Shown here: positions 46,992 through 57,058 of the stretch, one piece after another | Layout: the number at the start of each line of letters is the position of its first letter | Numbering within the stretch: position 1 is the first letter of the stretch | DNA from: a virus | Taxonomy: Duplodnaviria; Caudoviricetes | Strand: one strand, 5' to 3' | Length of the DNA: 64,000 nt | Virus record (IMG/VR): IMGVR_UViG_3300020048_000114 | Coordinates: 6,437 to 70,436 of that record | The notes under the pieces: model-generated | Database searches by the model: none | The model's input: the letters and a program-made list of their open reading frames with translations, nothing else | What the model was told of the DNA's origin: nothing | Translations under genes and position numbers: made by a program

Positions 46992-48020
46992 ATGAAAATT
47001 AAAAAAATATTTGCGGTATTTCTTATCGCCTTTTTTGTTCTTGTTGCACTTCCATCATGTAAAACCATACAAAATGGAGATGGAACAAAACAAGTAGTTG
47101 AGGCTGCTGGAAAAGTCACAGAAGCAGAACTCAACGTCGCAGAGAATACAGATAAAAAAATGGAATCTATAGGAGAGTTTTCCTATGGAACCAGTTTGGC
47201 ATTAAACAATATATATAGTCTTCCTGAGTTTGAATCTCTTCCTATGACTTTTAAACTGTCATTGGATGCCGCTGTTTTAACCAACAACTTTGTCCGTGAA
47301 TTGTCATCTGCACCGAATTCACAGAAAATGTTGGAGATGGAAGAGTTTATAAAAAAACTGACAAGTGAATTGGAGTCCGAAAGAAAGTCTGCGTTCAATC
47401 AGTCTCTTATTTATGAAAATAATATAGCCGAGTTGAATAAACAATCAACGGAACTACAGATAAAACTAGATCAAGCGGAGAAATCATTCAAAGAATTAAC
47501 ATTCTCTTTGGGTGAGAAAGTTGATACCCTAAGCACAAGTCTAGCAAACGAGAAATCAAAGACAACCAACCTAGAAGGAAAACTTGAAAAGTTTGATGAA
47601 GGGTTTGGATTTTACTCCATAAGGCATGGAATTGGAATATTTTTCAAAAAAATAATGTGGATCGGACTTGGATTTGGTGTTATATTTTTGATATTGAAAA
47701 TTTTAGCATCGTCGAATCCGATTGCGGCTGCAATATTTTCGGTATTTGAATCCATTATCGGCGGAATAATAAAATTCTTTTCTTATATTTTTCCCAAAGC
47801 TGTTGAGTTTGCTGGTCATATATCTATGAAAACCTTTAACAAGGTTGAATCTTCGAGAAACAAAATAATAGATACAATTGAAGAATTATATAATATTGAA
47901 AAAAACTCTCCAGGAAAAACATTTACTCTTAATGAAATATTTGAGCATTTGGGAAAAAATATGAATGATGCCGACAAGGAAGAGGTTAAATTGGCTTTGA
48001 AGAAACTTGGATGGAATTAA
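46992..48020 (+). CDS. Lipoprotein with coiled coil and C-terminal membrane segments (unimolecular-spanin-like topology)
   Basis: MKIKK + hydrophobic stretch + LPS-C, a long heptad region, then WIGLGFGVIFLILKILA. Confidence 0.55.
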   Translation: MKIKKIFAVFLIAFFVLVALPSCKTIQNGDGTKQVVEAAGKVTEAELNVAENTDKKMESIGEFSYGTSLALNNIYSLPEFESLPMTFKLSLDAAVLTNNFVRELSSAPNSQKMLEMEEFIKKLTSELESERKSAFNQSLIYENNIAELNKQSTELQIKLDQAEKSFKELTFSLGEKVDTLSTSLANEKSKTTNLEGKLEKFDEGFGFYSIRHGIGIFFKKIMWIGLGFGVIFLILKILASSNPIAAAIFSVFESIIGGIIKFFSYIFPKAVEFAGHISMKTFNKVESSRNKIIDTIEELYNIEKNSPGKTFTLNEIFEHLGKNMNDADKEEVKLALKKLGWN

Positions 48021-48711
48021 CCCCATCTCTAAATAACCTCGCTTGTTCTATATTACAAAAACCATATTTCCATATGGTTTTTTTATTTGATTTTATTTGG
48101 ACATAAAATCGTTTTCCACCATTTGTTTCATATTCCTTTATTCCCCAATTTATGTTTTTATTTCTATAGTTTGTTCGGGGAGATGTTATTTTATTAATAA
48201 AATCATCGGTTCTACTTTTTCCCCGTGAGTTGTTTCCTATGTTTATTTTATGTTCTTCTGTGAAGGGTTTTCTTTTTAATCCAGTTTTGGAATTTTTAAT
48301 TTTTTGTTTCCATTCTTCTGTAAACACTCTTCCACACAGACTGTTTTTTATTTTATTTTTTGTTTCTTGTGACAGCGGATTCTTTTTTCGACCTTTATTT
48401 TTTATACTTATTTTATCCCTGGATTCCTTAGACAACGTTTTATCTCCGTTTGACATGTTATATCCAGATTGATTACTTCCAATGTATGATATCCAAAACT
48501 TTTCAGATTCATTCAACTCTTCAACCCCACATTCCTCAAGAATACAAAAATTGAAATTTTGATGTCCATATTTTGATAGTGCATTAAATATTCTCGTCTG
48601 TTTGACGCAGTTTAATCTTTTGTATTGAGAGAATCGGCGCTCTATATTTACACTCTGTCCAATATATGATTTTCCACTTGGAGAAGTGAGACAATATATT
48701 CCACATGTCAC
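47986..48711 (-). mobile_element. GIY-YIG homing endonuclease (Seg-like) with NUMOD3 repeats
   Basis: CGIYCLTSPSGKSYIGQS..IERRF, LNESEKFWI, LSQETKNKI/FTEEHKINI repeats; GTG start. Confidence 0.9.
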
Positions 48712-48890
48712 TTAACACCATCCAATCTTAAATTTTTAACAAAATCTTTTACTTTGTCTATGAATTCGGGAGTATTTCTTACTGTATAGGAAATAATTCC
48801 AGAACTTTTTAATTTTTTGTAATGATTTTTTGAATATATACAACTATCAATTCTTCTTTTTTCTTTGTTCATGCTAATACATATTAGCAA
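48708..48890 (-). CDS. Small basic protein coupled to the GIY-YIG gene
   Basis: Its stop overlaps the GTG start (GTGA). Confidence 0.5.
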   Translation of the reverse strand: MLICISMNKEKRRIDSCIYSKNHYKKLKSSGIISYTVRNTPEFIDKVKDFVKNLRLDGVK

Positions 48891-48917
48891 AATTGGGAAA
48901 TTTAAAAATATTTTTAA

Positions 48918-49292
48918 TTAATCCCCTGCCAATGCTCTAAGGTCTGCCAACTCTGACTCTGATAGTTGGACACTTTCGCCGGTGTTTTCATTTACAACCG
49001 AAACGGTTTCTTTGAAGACTTCCGGTGATTTTTTTGTCTCGGGAAGAGACAGTCCAAGACGACTCGATATTTTTTTAAATTTGTCGATCTTCTCTTGTTC
49101 TTGTCGTATAGCTTTCAAATATTTGGAAACTCTCTTGTCCAAAGCAGACATCGCCTTCATGTGTTTCTTGTTACGGTGATCCTTTATGACATTTATCTTT
49201 TTGATATTGTCATTGTGTTCTTCCATGAACTTCGTTGCTGTGTCGATCAACAACGCAAGACCTTCCGGTGTAATGTTTTCCTCACTCCACAT
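48918..49292 (-). CDS. Hypothetical coiled-coil protein
   Basis: 124-aa ORF in operon. Confidence 0.6.
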   Translation of the reverse strand: MWSEENITPEGLALLIDTATKFMEEHNDNIKKINVIKDHRNKKHMKAMSALDKRVSKYLKAIRQEQEKIDKFKKISSRLGLSLPETKKSPEVFKETVSVVNENTGESVQLSESELADLRALAGD

Positions 49293-49791
49293 TTTTTACT
49301 TTGGTTTTATGCATGTGTTTTGGTTTTTTAACAATTACGGCATCATGTAGATTGTGTGCGCAATTAAAACAGCATACTTCCAAATTTTCAATAGAAAAAT
49401 TACTATGGACGTTATCTTTGAAACAAAGTATCAGAGGAACAACGTCATCTGATATTCTTCGTTCATTAAATCCACACACCTCACACTCATTCTTCTTCAC
49501 TTTTGCCTTCACCAATTTTCTCAAGACTGCAACTCTATCAGCGTTTGGATATTTATTGTCAAGAATGTCGTTGAGTTTTTGATTGGCTTTGTATGGGTCT
49601 TTTGGTTTTAACGTTCCTTTTCCGGTTCGATTCAAACAATTCCCATACAGTCCATATTGAACCGCATACTTTTTATATGTGTTGAAATGGACTCCCAAAT
49701 TTCGAGAACATTCTTGGGCTGTTTTTGATATAGATTGGGCAGCAAGAATCTCACTGGCCAATATCATTCTATTGTGACCTTGTAATCCCAT
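49282..49791 (-). CDS. HTH + degenerate HNH-like Zn-finger protein
   Basis: SKTAQECSRNLGVHFNTYKKYA (HTH). CEVCG...LILCFKD...NFSIENL..CCFNCAH lacks the usual catalytic His. Confidence 0.6.
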   Translation of the reverse strand: MGLQGHNRMILASEILAAQSISKTAQECSRNLGVHFNTYKKYAVQYGLYGNCLNRTGKGTLKPKDPYKANQKLNDILDNKYPNADRVAVLRKLVKAKVKKNECEVCGFNERRISDDVVPLILCFKDNVHSNFSIENLEVCCFNCAHNLHDAVIVKKPKHMHKTKVKNVE

Positions 49792-49792
49792 A

Positions 49793-50143
49793 TTATAAAT
49801 CAGTAGGCATCATGGGTTCATTCATCAGATCGACTTTACTGGCTTTTAAGTAGTTTTTGCGAATGTCTTCGGCAAGTCTATTCATAGACGCTCCACCAGC
49901 ATTGCATAATAATTTATATGAATTTATAAATTTTACAAATTGAGAAGATTTTTTTAAAGACGTTTTTACGACAGCTCCAATTTTAAAATCTTGTGGACTT
50001 GAATGATATCTAGCTTCGACTGCCATTGTGGCAGCCTCGATTAATATATCATCAACGTCAGTATAATCTTCTGTAGGAACGACTATTTCAAGATTCCAGT
50101 CAGATGTGTCAACTATAACAGATTCTTTTTTATTTAGTTTCAT
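49793..50143 (-). CDS. Hypothetical protein
   Basis: 116-aa ORF in operon. Confidence 0.6.
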   Translation of the reverse strand: MKLNKKESVIVDTSDWNLEIVVPTEDYTDVDDILIEAATMAVEARYHSSPQDFKIGAVVKTSLKKSSQFVKFINSYKLLCNAGGASMNRLAEDIRKNYLKASKVDLMNEPMMPTDL

Positions 50144-50146
50144 ATA

Positions 50147-52819
50147 TTAATAAGTATCTTTGAAAATCGATTCCGTGGATAAATCTCCATCATTGATTAA
50201 ATCCATGTTGTTCAATTTTGTTTTCATTTTTTCACATATCTGTTCTTCTTGCGTTCCTGCTACGAAAATAATTTTTTGCATTGCTTTTGTTTTGGCTTCT
50301 GCACGCCATACTCTCCCAAGAGCTTGTTTGAGTCCGACAGCGGAAGGTCCGGGAGATATTAACGCAATTCTTGGGTATTGTCCATTCAAATCGTGTAAAG
50401 ACAATCCAGCGCCTCCTGCAGATATATTTACAAGAATTATCCGTGACTTGTCGGCTTGAAAATCATCTATATGTTTTTGTCTGTTTTCCGTGTCTCCTCC
50501 CCAAATCATACATTTGGTATTTAATTTATCGGAAAGTGCTTTAATGGTGTCCGTGAAATTAACTATGATAACAACACTCATACCATCAGCAATGGCTTCT
50601 TCTGCCATATCAACGAATAGAGGAACCTTCAACAATTCACATTGCTGTCTTGCTCTCAACTGTGCCGTTAGTGCGTTTGTTTGTTTTTCTCTATCACTTT
50701 TTAGAGTCTGTGCGAGAACACGTAATTCGGCTCCCATTTCAAAAAATATCTGATTTATTTCCGCTTTCGATTTCTCATCCATGTCATATGATTCGGCAAT
50801 GATATCACAGTCAGGAAAATCAGGAATATCAGTTTTTTTGATTCTAGCTCCCCTCTCTTTGAATAAATCAAAGTTTAATTTTTTCAGTGCATTTTTTGAT
50901 CCATTGAATTGCCAACCAAATCGACCTTGTTCACAATCATGCTCTAATAAAAATTCATTAAATGCTTTCGATGTTCCTTTATGGAGTCCCAAAATTTTTC
51001 CAACGGTCTTCAATTCTATTGGGTTAATCGCAGATGTTGCCGAACAACATAGTATTTTAAATCCTGCGTTGTGAGCAGATACAGCCATCTCAGAATTTTG
51101 AGTCTTTCCATCTTTTAATTTATGGCTTTCATCAAATATAATTAAAACATTTTGTGGGTCTTTTATCTTCCACACAAACTTTTCAATTGTTGATTTTTTG
51201 CTAGTTTTCTCCCACGTCGCAATTTTTTTATATTTTCCGGTTCTCAATCCTTCGTAATTTATTACAAACTCAACCGGCATACCAAAATGGTTTTCAATAA
51301 CACGTTTCCAAGATGTTATAACCGCTTTTGGACATACAACGCCAACTCGAAGACCCAACTCACGTGCAACTCCAACCGCTACATATGTTTTTCCGCTATT
51401 ATGAGTCACAAAAAAATTATCCATTAAATACCTACCATCACCATCTAAGGAAAACCCGTAAAATTCACCAACGGTTTGTTTCTCAACTTTAAAACCAACA
51501 ACGCTTGCATCCTTTTTCTGGATTCTTGGTTTTGCAATTTTTCTTTTAATTTTACATGGAATTTGATTGATGTTTCCAAGTATAGAACAAGAGTGATATG
51601 TTCCACTTTTTCCATTATTTTTGCATGTGTGAACCCTACTTTTATCAACCACAAAAAACCCAAGTGACCTTGCAATGAACGATGTGTCATCCCTCAAATT
51701 TTTGGATTTGGATGTGAAAGAGTAACACCCTTTGTCATATGAACCATCGGTGTCAATCAACCCAGCCAAAATTTGCAATCTAACTTGTCTTGTATTTATT
51801 TTATATTCTGTTGGAATAAATCTATTTTCGCATTTGACAGGAAACAATCCAATTGATCGCATATTTCTAAAAAGGTCCGGCGAGGATGTTATTCTTTTTG
51901 TTATATTTTGACTTGTATTCCCAAGTGTCCAATTATTTTTTTTACAATGATCATTCAACATTTCCCACATTTCTTCGTCATTCGATGTAAATGATATACA
52001 ATCTTTTGTGCTGAGGCCACCATCTCCCAATAAAGCACCCAATAAATATGGATCGATTGTAACACCTTTTTCATTCCACGAATCAACTCCAACAGTGAAA
52101 ATCTTCATCGCATGTTTTGTGGTTTTGCTCAAGTTAATGTAATCCTTTACTTTTATATCGTAAATTTTTCCATACTCATAACCCCCAGTCCACTTGTGCG
52201 TTTTTGAAGGTCCATTTGTCAATTTGACGGTTAACAAATGGTTCCCATTTACAGAAAAATTTGGTCCTTTGACAGGAACAATATTATACATCTGTTCAAA
52301 ACCGTGATGTAATTTTGTGATTATTTGTGGTCCTTTCCATCCCATGACACGATCTCCGATACGAAGAGTTTCAACATTTCTCGTTGATCCGTCAAACATA
52401 AGAATTCCTTGTCCTTTTGTGTGACACCCTGTATCCGATCCGTCTATCGCAGCTCCATATTTTCTGATAGAAGCCGATAGTTGAGAAACCAACGTTGGTT
52501 GCCATTTTCTCAACCCCTGTTCATACTTTAAAGGAGCCAATTCAAGACTGCTTTTGTCAGGAACTATTATTGGTTTTTTACCTTCCGTGGTTCCTATGGT
52601 TGAAAAATCGTTTTGGTTTTTCTGCCATTCTTTCAGATACCACTCTCCAGTTTCATCTTTTTCAACCGCGAATCCACGCAGACGCATTTTTGCTTTGTTG
52701 GATTCCCAAAAAACAAAAAATCCAGGCAAAACATCTTTTGGAATACACCAAGAACGAACGAACATAGGTCCGTTCCTAGTGTATATCTTAGATGATCTTT
52801 TCCATACTATATCGAACAT
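50147..52819 (-). CDS. SF2 (SNF2/DEAD-like) helicase containing an intein
   Basis: After splicing: DTG-SGKT (Walker A), IFDESH, SATS, LVNISAGGAGLSLHD, QALGRVWR. Confidence 0.9.
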   Translation of the reverse strand: MFDIVWKRSSKIYTRNGPMFVRSWCIPKDVLPGFFVFWESNKAKMRLRGFAVEKDETGEWYLKEWQKNQNDFSTIGTTEGKKPIIVPDKSSLELAPLKYEQGLRKWQPTLVSQLSASIRKYGAAIDGSDTGCHTKGQGILMFDGSTRNVETLRIGDRVMGWKGPQIITKLHHGFEQMYNIVPVKGPNFSVNGNHLLTVKLTNGPSKTHKWTGGYEYGKIYDIKVKDYINLSKTTKHAMKIFTVGVDSWNEKGVTIDPYLLGALLGDGGLSTKDCISFTSNDEEMWEMLNDHCKKNNWTLGNTSQNITKRITSSPDLFRNMRSIGLFPVKCENRFIPTEYKINTRQVRLQILAGLIDTDGSYDKGCYSFTSKSKNLRDDTSFIARSLGFFVVDKSRVHTCKNNGKSGTYHSCSILGNINQIPCKIKRKIAKPRIQKKDASVVGFKVEKQTVGEFYGFSLDGDGRYLMDNFFVTHNSGKTYVAVGVARELGLRVGVVCPKAVITSWKRVIENHFGMPVEFVINYEGLRTGKYKKIATWEKTSKKSTIEKFVWKIKDPQNVLIIFDESHKLKDGKTQNSEMAVSAHNAGFKILCCSATSAINPIELKTVGKILGLHKGTSKAFNEFLLEHDCEQGRFGWQFNGSKNALKKLNFDLFKERGARIKKTDIPDFPDCDIIAESYDMDEKSKAEINQIFFEMGAELRVLAQTLKSDREKQTNALTAQLRARQQCELLKVPLFVDMAEEAIADGMSVVIIVNFTDTIKALSDKLNTKCMIWGGDTENRQKHIDDFQADKSRIILVNISAGGAGLSLHDLNGQYPRIALISPGPSAVGLKQALGRVWRAEAKTKAMQKIIFVAGTQEEQICEKMKTKLNNMDLINDGDLSTESIFKDTY
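51398..52426 (-). mobile_element. Cis intein (343 aa) with a LAGLIDADG endonuclease, in the helicase Walker A
   Basis: DTG|CHTKG ... YLLGALLGDG, LAGLIDTDG ... FYGFSLDGDGRYLMDNFFVTHN|SGKT. Confidence 0.95.
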
Positions 52820-53139
52820 CAGTCGCCATGTTCTTCTCTATACTGTTCATTGTATTCGGCCTCGAACACATTTTTTCTCGTAGGAGAGTTTCCTTTGATG
52901 TATCCGATGTTGAAATATTCAGACATCAATTCATAAAATGCTCTTCCTCTACGGTCATCCTCTGCCAAACCTGTGTCTGCTGCCGATTCCATAAACTTCA
53001 TACGTGTTTTTTGCATCCCACGTATGCACATTCCCTCAAGGTATGATACGAGACCATCAACAGTCTCAAATATGATACATGGGTTTTTTCCACCGACGGA
53101 TTTGGTAGTATCAACTACATAATATTGTATTTTTGCCAT
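52819..53139 (-). CDS. Hypothetical protein
   Basis: 106-aa ORF with a conserved upstream 20-mer. Confidence 0.65.
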   Translation of the reverse strand: MAKIQYYVVDTTKSVGGKNPCIIFETVDGLVSYLEGMCIRGMQKTRMKFMESAADTGLAEDDRRGRAFYELMSEYFNIGYIKGNSPTRKNVFEAEYNEQYREEHGD

Positions 53140-53167
53140 ATATGTATATATATGGATCGATCCATCG

Positions 53168-54226
53168 TTAAATTCGCTTTTTTACACCGAATCCAAATCC
53201 GCCGAAACCAAGTTTCTGCGGTTCGTCTTCTTCATCGGTGCTCTGAGTTGAAGATGGCTTCGACGCCATGAGTTTCCGTATAACTTCTACAGCTTTTGTG
53301 AATTCATTTCCGAGACACTTCACGGAGATTACCAATTCGGCCATAGCAGCAAAACTAAAGTCCTCTGTCGATTTTACCCAATTTTCGATATCTTCGTTTT
53401 CGGTTTTTAATTTATGTGTGAAGTATATTCTGCGAACTGTTGCGTTGGGCATCCCAATTTTAATAACCTTGTCAAATCTACGTGGACGACTAACAATTCT
53501 CTTATCCAACTTCTCAGGATAGTTTGTTGTTGCCAAATTTACCACTTTATCAATTTGATTTTCTCCATCCAACATAGACAACAATTCATCTTCTCCATAT
53601 TGATCGATGATCGAGTCAATATCTTCAAAAATACAGACAGCGTTTCTATTTGGTTCGACTTCACGGAATGCTTTTAATCCCATGGATGTTGTTCCTGGAT
53701 GTCCACACATGAAAACAATTCCTTTTTGTTTTACAATCCGTTTGATTATTTGTTGGACCAGACTCGTTTTTCCGCCACCTGGAGGGCCATACAATAAATA
53801 TCCTCTTCTGTGCAAGAAACCATATTCCTTGAATACGTCTCCATTTTTCCAGAAATCCTCGACTTCCTTCAATATTTTATCTGTTTTTGAATCAGGAAAT
53901 TCAATTAGACTATCAACATTTACATCTGACTTTTCAAACACGGGGTCTCCGTTATCCGAGAATATTGAATATACTCCACTAACCAACGTTTTTTGTGTTT
54001 TTCCGACAGCCTTGAATGATGTCGGCCCAGCCTTTGCCCACTGACATCGGGATGAGATTACAACGTCCTCTTCATCGTCGTCAGGAGATGTTTCCTTATT
54101 CCGTTTTAAATATGGATTTGTTCTCGGTGCTCTGGGCCGAGTGGGTGCTTTTACAGCCGTTCCAAAATCGAATGGATCGGACTGTGTCGATGATTCGTCA
54201 ATATTTTCATTTCGTATTTCTCTCAT
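53168..54226 (-). CDS. AAA+ ATPase
   Basis: LLYGPPGGGKTS, FEDIDS, LATTNYPEKLD.RIVSRPRRFD. Confidence 0.92.
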   Translation of the reverse strand: MREIRNENIDESSTQSDPFDFGTAVKAPTRPRAPRTNPYLKRNKETSPDDDEEDVVISSRCQWAKAGPTSFKAVGKTQKTLVSGVYSIFSDNGDPVFEKSDVNVDSLIEFPDSKTDKILKEVEDFWKNGDVFKEYGFLHRRGYLLYGPPGGGKTSLVQQIIKRIVKQKGIVFMCGHPGTTSMGLKAFREVEPNRNAVCIFEDIDSIIDQYGEDELLSMLDGENQIDKVVNLATTNYPEKLDKRIVSRPRRFDKVIKIGMPNATVRRIYFTHKLKTENEDIENWVKSTEDFSFAAMAELVISVKCLGNEFTKAVEVIRKLMASKPSSTQSTDEEDEPQKLGFGGFGFGVKKRI

Positions 54227-54274
54227 GTTTTTTCAGATTAACATGAGAGAATACAAATGGTCAATTTATAATAA

Positions 54275-54754
54275 TTACTTCTTCTTTTTCTTTGTGGTTG
54301 GAATTTCTTCGACAACTACTGGAACAGGAGCCTCTTCAACTTTTTCTACAACGACAACTGGCTCAACGACTGTCTCTACCGATGGGGTTGGAACGACTTC
54401 CTCAACAACTTCAACCTTTTCTTCAACAACAGGCGATGGATCAGGTTCAACAACTGTCTCCACAGGTGTTTCTACGACCGGTTCAACAACTGATATGGGT
54501 TCCTCTGCAACTGTCACAGGTTCCTCGACGGCGACAACCACATCTGAAATTTCTTCTTTAACCTCTACTTGTGGGATAATTTCAATTGCAGGTTCTACAA
54601 CCGGTTCTTCAATCTTGAAAAGGTCGGAAGGGGTTTCGGTGAAAACAACGTCTTCAATCTCAACCACGGGAGTTTCAACAACTACAACAACTGGCTTTTG
54701 TTCTTCTACGACTCTATCAACGTGGTATGCAATACCTGAATATATATTTCTCAT
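54275..54754 (-). CDS. Low-complexity V/E/P-rich protein with a basic tail
   Basis: Repeated (P)VVE motifs; ends KKKKK. Confidence 0.6.
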   Translation of the reverse strand: MRNIYSGIAYHVDRVVEEQKPVVVVVETPVVEIEDVVFTETPSDLFKIEEPVVEPAIEIIPQVEVKEEISDVVVAVEEPVTVAEEPISVVEPVVETPVETVVEPDPSPVVEEKVEVVEEVVPTPSVETVVEPVVVVEKVEEAPVPVVVEEIPTTKKKKK

Positions 54755-54819
54755 GATTTAATTTTTGGTTAAGTTTAACATCTATATATATATATAACCT
54801 ATTCAAGAAAGAGACAAAA

Positions 54820-56304
54820 TTATATTTTTGACCATAACCATTTAAAATTTCCACAATCCCAAATTCTATCATAACCGTTATTTTTCATATTATCCCATTC
54901 TGATAGAATTTCATCAAATTTGGACAATCTCCCAGAGAGTTTGTGTTTTTGAAAATTCATTCTCCCCAGTCTGTGTTTATAATCTTTTTCTATATAGTAA
55001 TAATTGGGCGGGGTGATGTTATTTAAAGAAAACCCAAGTTTCCCATAAATTTCTCCTGTGAAGAATCTTCTATCCGAGTATGATATTATTGTATTTGGTG
55101 AATATTTTTTTACAAAATATGAGAACATTTTACTTGCTCCTCCATGTATTTTATGTCCAAGTTTGTTGCAAAATCTGAACATTTCATACTGGACATTTTT
55201 ATCGAACCTGGAAGAACCAAACGTCATAACGGAAACGAGTTCTTCATTGTGGTATAAACCAATTTTAATAGATGATTTGTCATCTCCTTGTATGTGGTTT
55301 GTCTCCAAAAATTTGTTCTTTTCGGTTGATCCAATTTCTTTTACTATACAATCTCGACCATTAAGTTTAATTTTGAAAACTCCAAATTGGTTGGCCAATA
55401 TTGACTTTACAATATCTTGTTTGTGGACCCATTCATCTTCAAATAAATGTATCAATTTTATTCCATGAAAAGCACACGACTTTGTTTTATTCAAATGATA
55501 CATTTTGTCTTTGTTATTCGCATTTTCTGCGTGCCAGTATAATCCGTTGTGTTCAATTGCAATTTTTTTATCTTTAACGTAGAAATCCAACTCCTTTCCA
55601 ACCAACACTGTTCTATCGGAGATTTTTATTGTTTCGGTTGGGATCAATGTTGATAAAAAATCATATATTTGTTGTTCAACTATGTTTTTTCCTGTTGGAT
55701 TGCATGTTGGGCAAAAAATCGTTTTGTGGTTGTATATTGTTGTTTCGAATTTGTTGTCGCAACACATACATTGGAATAGATATTTGTTTTCCCATGTGTA
55801 TCCGACATAATCTTTCCGATCAAACAGTGGAATCAGTTTTCTTTCTTTACTAACAAATAGTATATTATCGTAATTATTGTTTGATAACGTTGATCGTATT
55901 TTTTCTTTTATATCGATTCTTTTGCATGGATTATCAACGCCATAATTTTTTATGAAAGTTTCCTTCATCTTTTCGATGTTATTATATTTCACATCACCAT
56001 ATCTTTCCAATTTGGTTGCGTTAACTTTATCCATTAAATCTTTATTGGATAAGGCATTTTCAACTCCATATTTCTCCAACATAGATTTTTTGAAATTTGA
56101 TTTTGTTGCATCTGTTGTCATTGGATGACCACCGTATTTTTTTTGGAACGTGTCTTTTTGTTTTTTAATCATCCCCTCTTTAATAACAGGGTCTTGATTC
56201 TTGCAACTTTTGGAACAGTATATTCTTTTTCTAGTTCTCTCTTGATTCGGAACGAAAAATTCTTTATTGCATGTTTTACATGTTTTGGATATTAGATTTG
56301 ACAT
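54820..56304 (-). mobile_element. Hef-like endonuclease gene, copy 5
   Basis: CKTC...YCSKSC, KYGV repeats, IAIEHNGLYWHAE, LIHLFEDEW, YSDRRFF, GYDRIWDCG. Confidence 0.8.
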
Positions 56305-56456
56305 TGTTTTGGTTTGAATGGTGTGTATTAATTAGTAATTATAGAGTGGTTATTAAAAAATGTCAATAATAATTGTTATATTCTTTTATTTATTATAAAT
56401 AACACATATAAATCAGTGTTATATCAAAAATATAAACCCTTAAATAACACAATATT

Positions 56457-56948
56457 ATGGCAGAATTACTAGATCAAAACGAAATATTTTGGACTCCATT
56501 TGAACCCAAACAGGCCAACAGATTCATCATGTATATCGATGGAATCCCATCATTCATGGTAAAAATGACTGATAGACCAAAGTGCACATCCGGCGTTGTT
56601 ACGCTCGATCACATCAATTTGCAGAGAAAAGTCAAGGGAAAGACCACATGGCAAGATATTACAATTTCATTGTATGATCCTGTCGTTCCTTCTGCCGCAC
56701 AGGCAGCAATGGAATGGATAAGATTGTCGCATGAAGCAGTCACCGGTCGTGACGGATATGCTGATTTCTATAAAAAAGATATCACACTGAACTCCCTTGG
56801 GCCCGTTGGAGACAAGGTTGAGGAGTGGACCATATATGGAGCGTTTGTGACAACATTTGATGGTGGTGCCTTGGATTACTCAACAGCAGACCAAGCAGTT
56901 AATGTTACCCTCGGAATTGCCTACGACTACGCAATTTTGCAGTTCTGA
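56457..56948 (+). CDS. Tail tube protein (T4 gp19-like)
   Basis: EPKQANRFIMYIDGIP, KGKTTWQDITISLYDP, YKKDITL..LGPVGDKVEEW, YDYAILQF. Confidence 0.92.
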   Translation: MAELLDQNEIFWTPFEPKQANRFIMYIDGIPSFMVKMTDRPKCTSGVVTLDHINLQRKVKGKTTWQDITISLYDPVVPSAAQAAMEWIRLSHEAVTGRDGYADFYKKDITLNSLGPVGDKVEEWTIYGAFVTTFDGGALDYSTADQAVNVTLGIAYDYAILQF

Positions 56949-56998
56949 TTCAGCATCACATTCCGTCACAGATTCGTAGATTTATTGGTGTTTGGCAC

Positions 56999-57033
56999 AT
57001 CTCCAGCATATTTATTTGTGTTGGGGATTTTTT
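56999..57033 (+). terminator. Terminator after tail tube; loop contains TATTTATT
   Basis: atctccagca-tatttatttg-tgttggggat (2 G-U pairs) followed by a T-run. Confidence 0.65.
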
Positions 57034-57058
57034 GTGACCAAATTTCCAATGAACAAAT

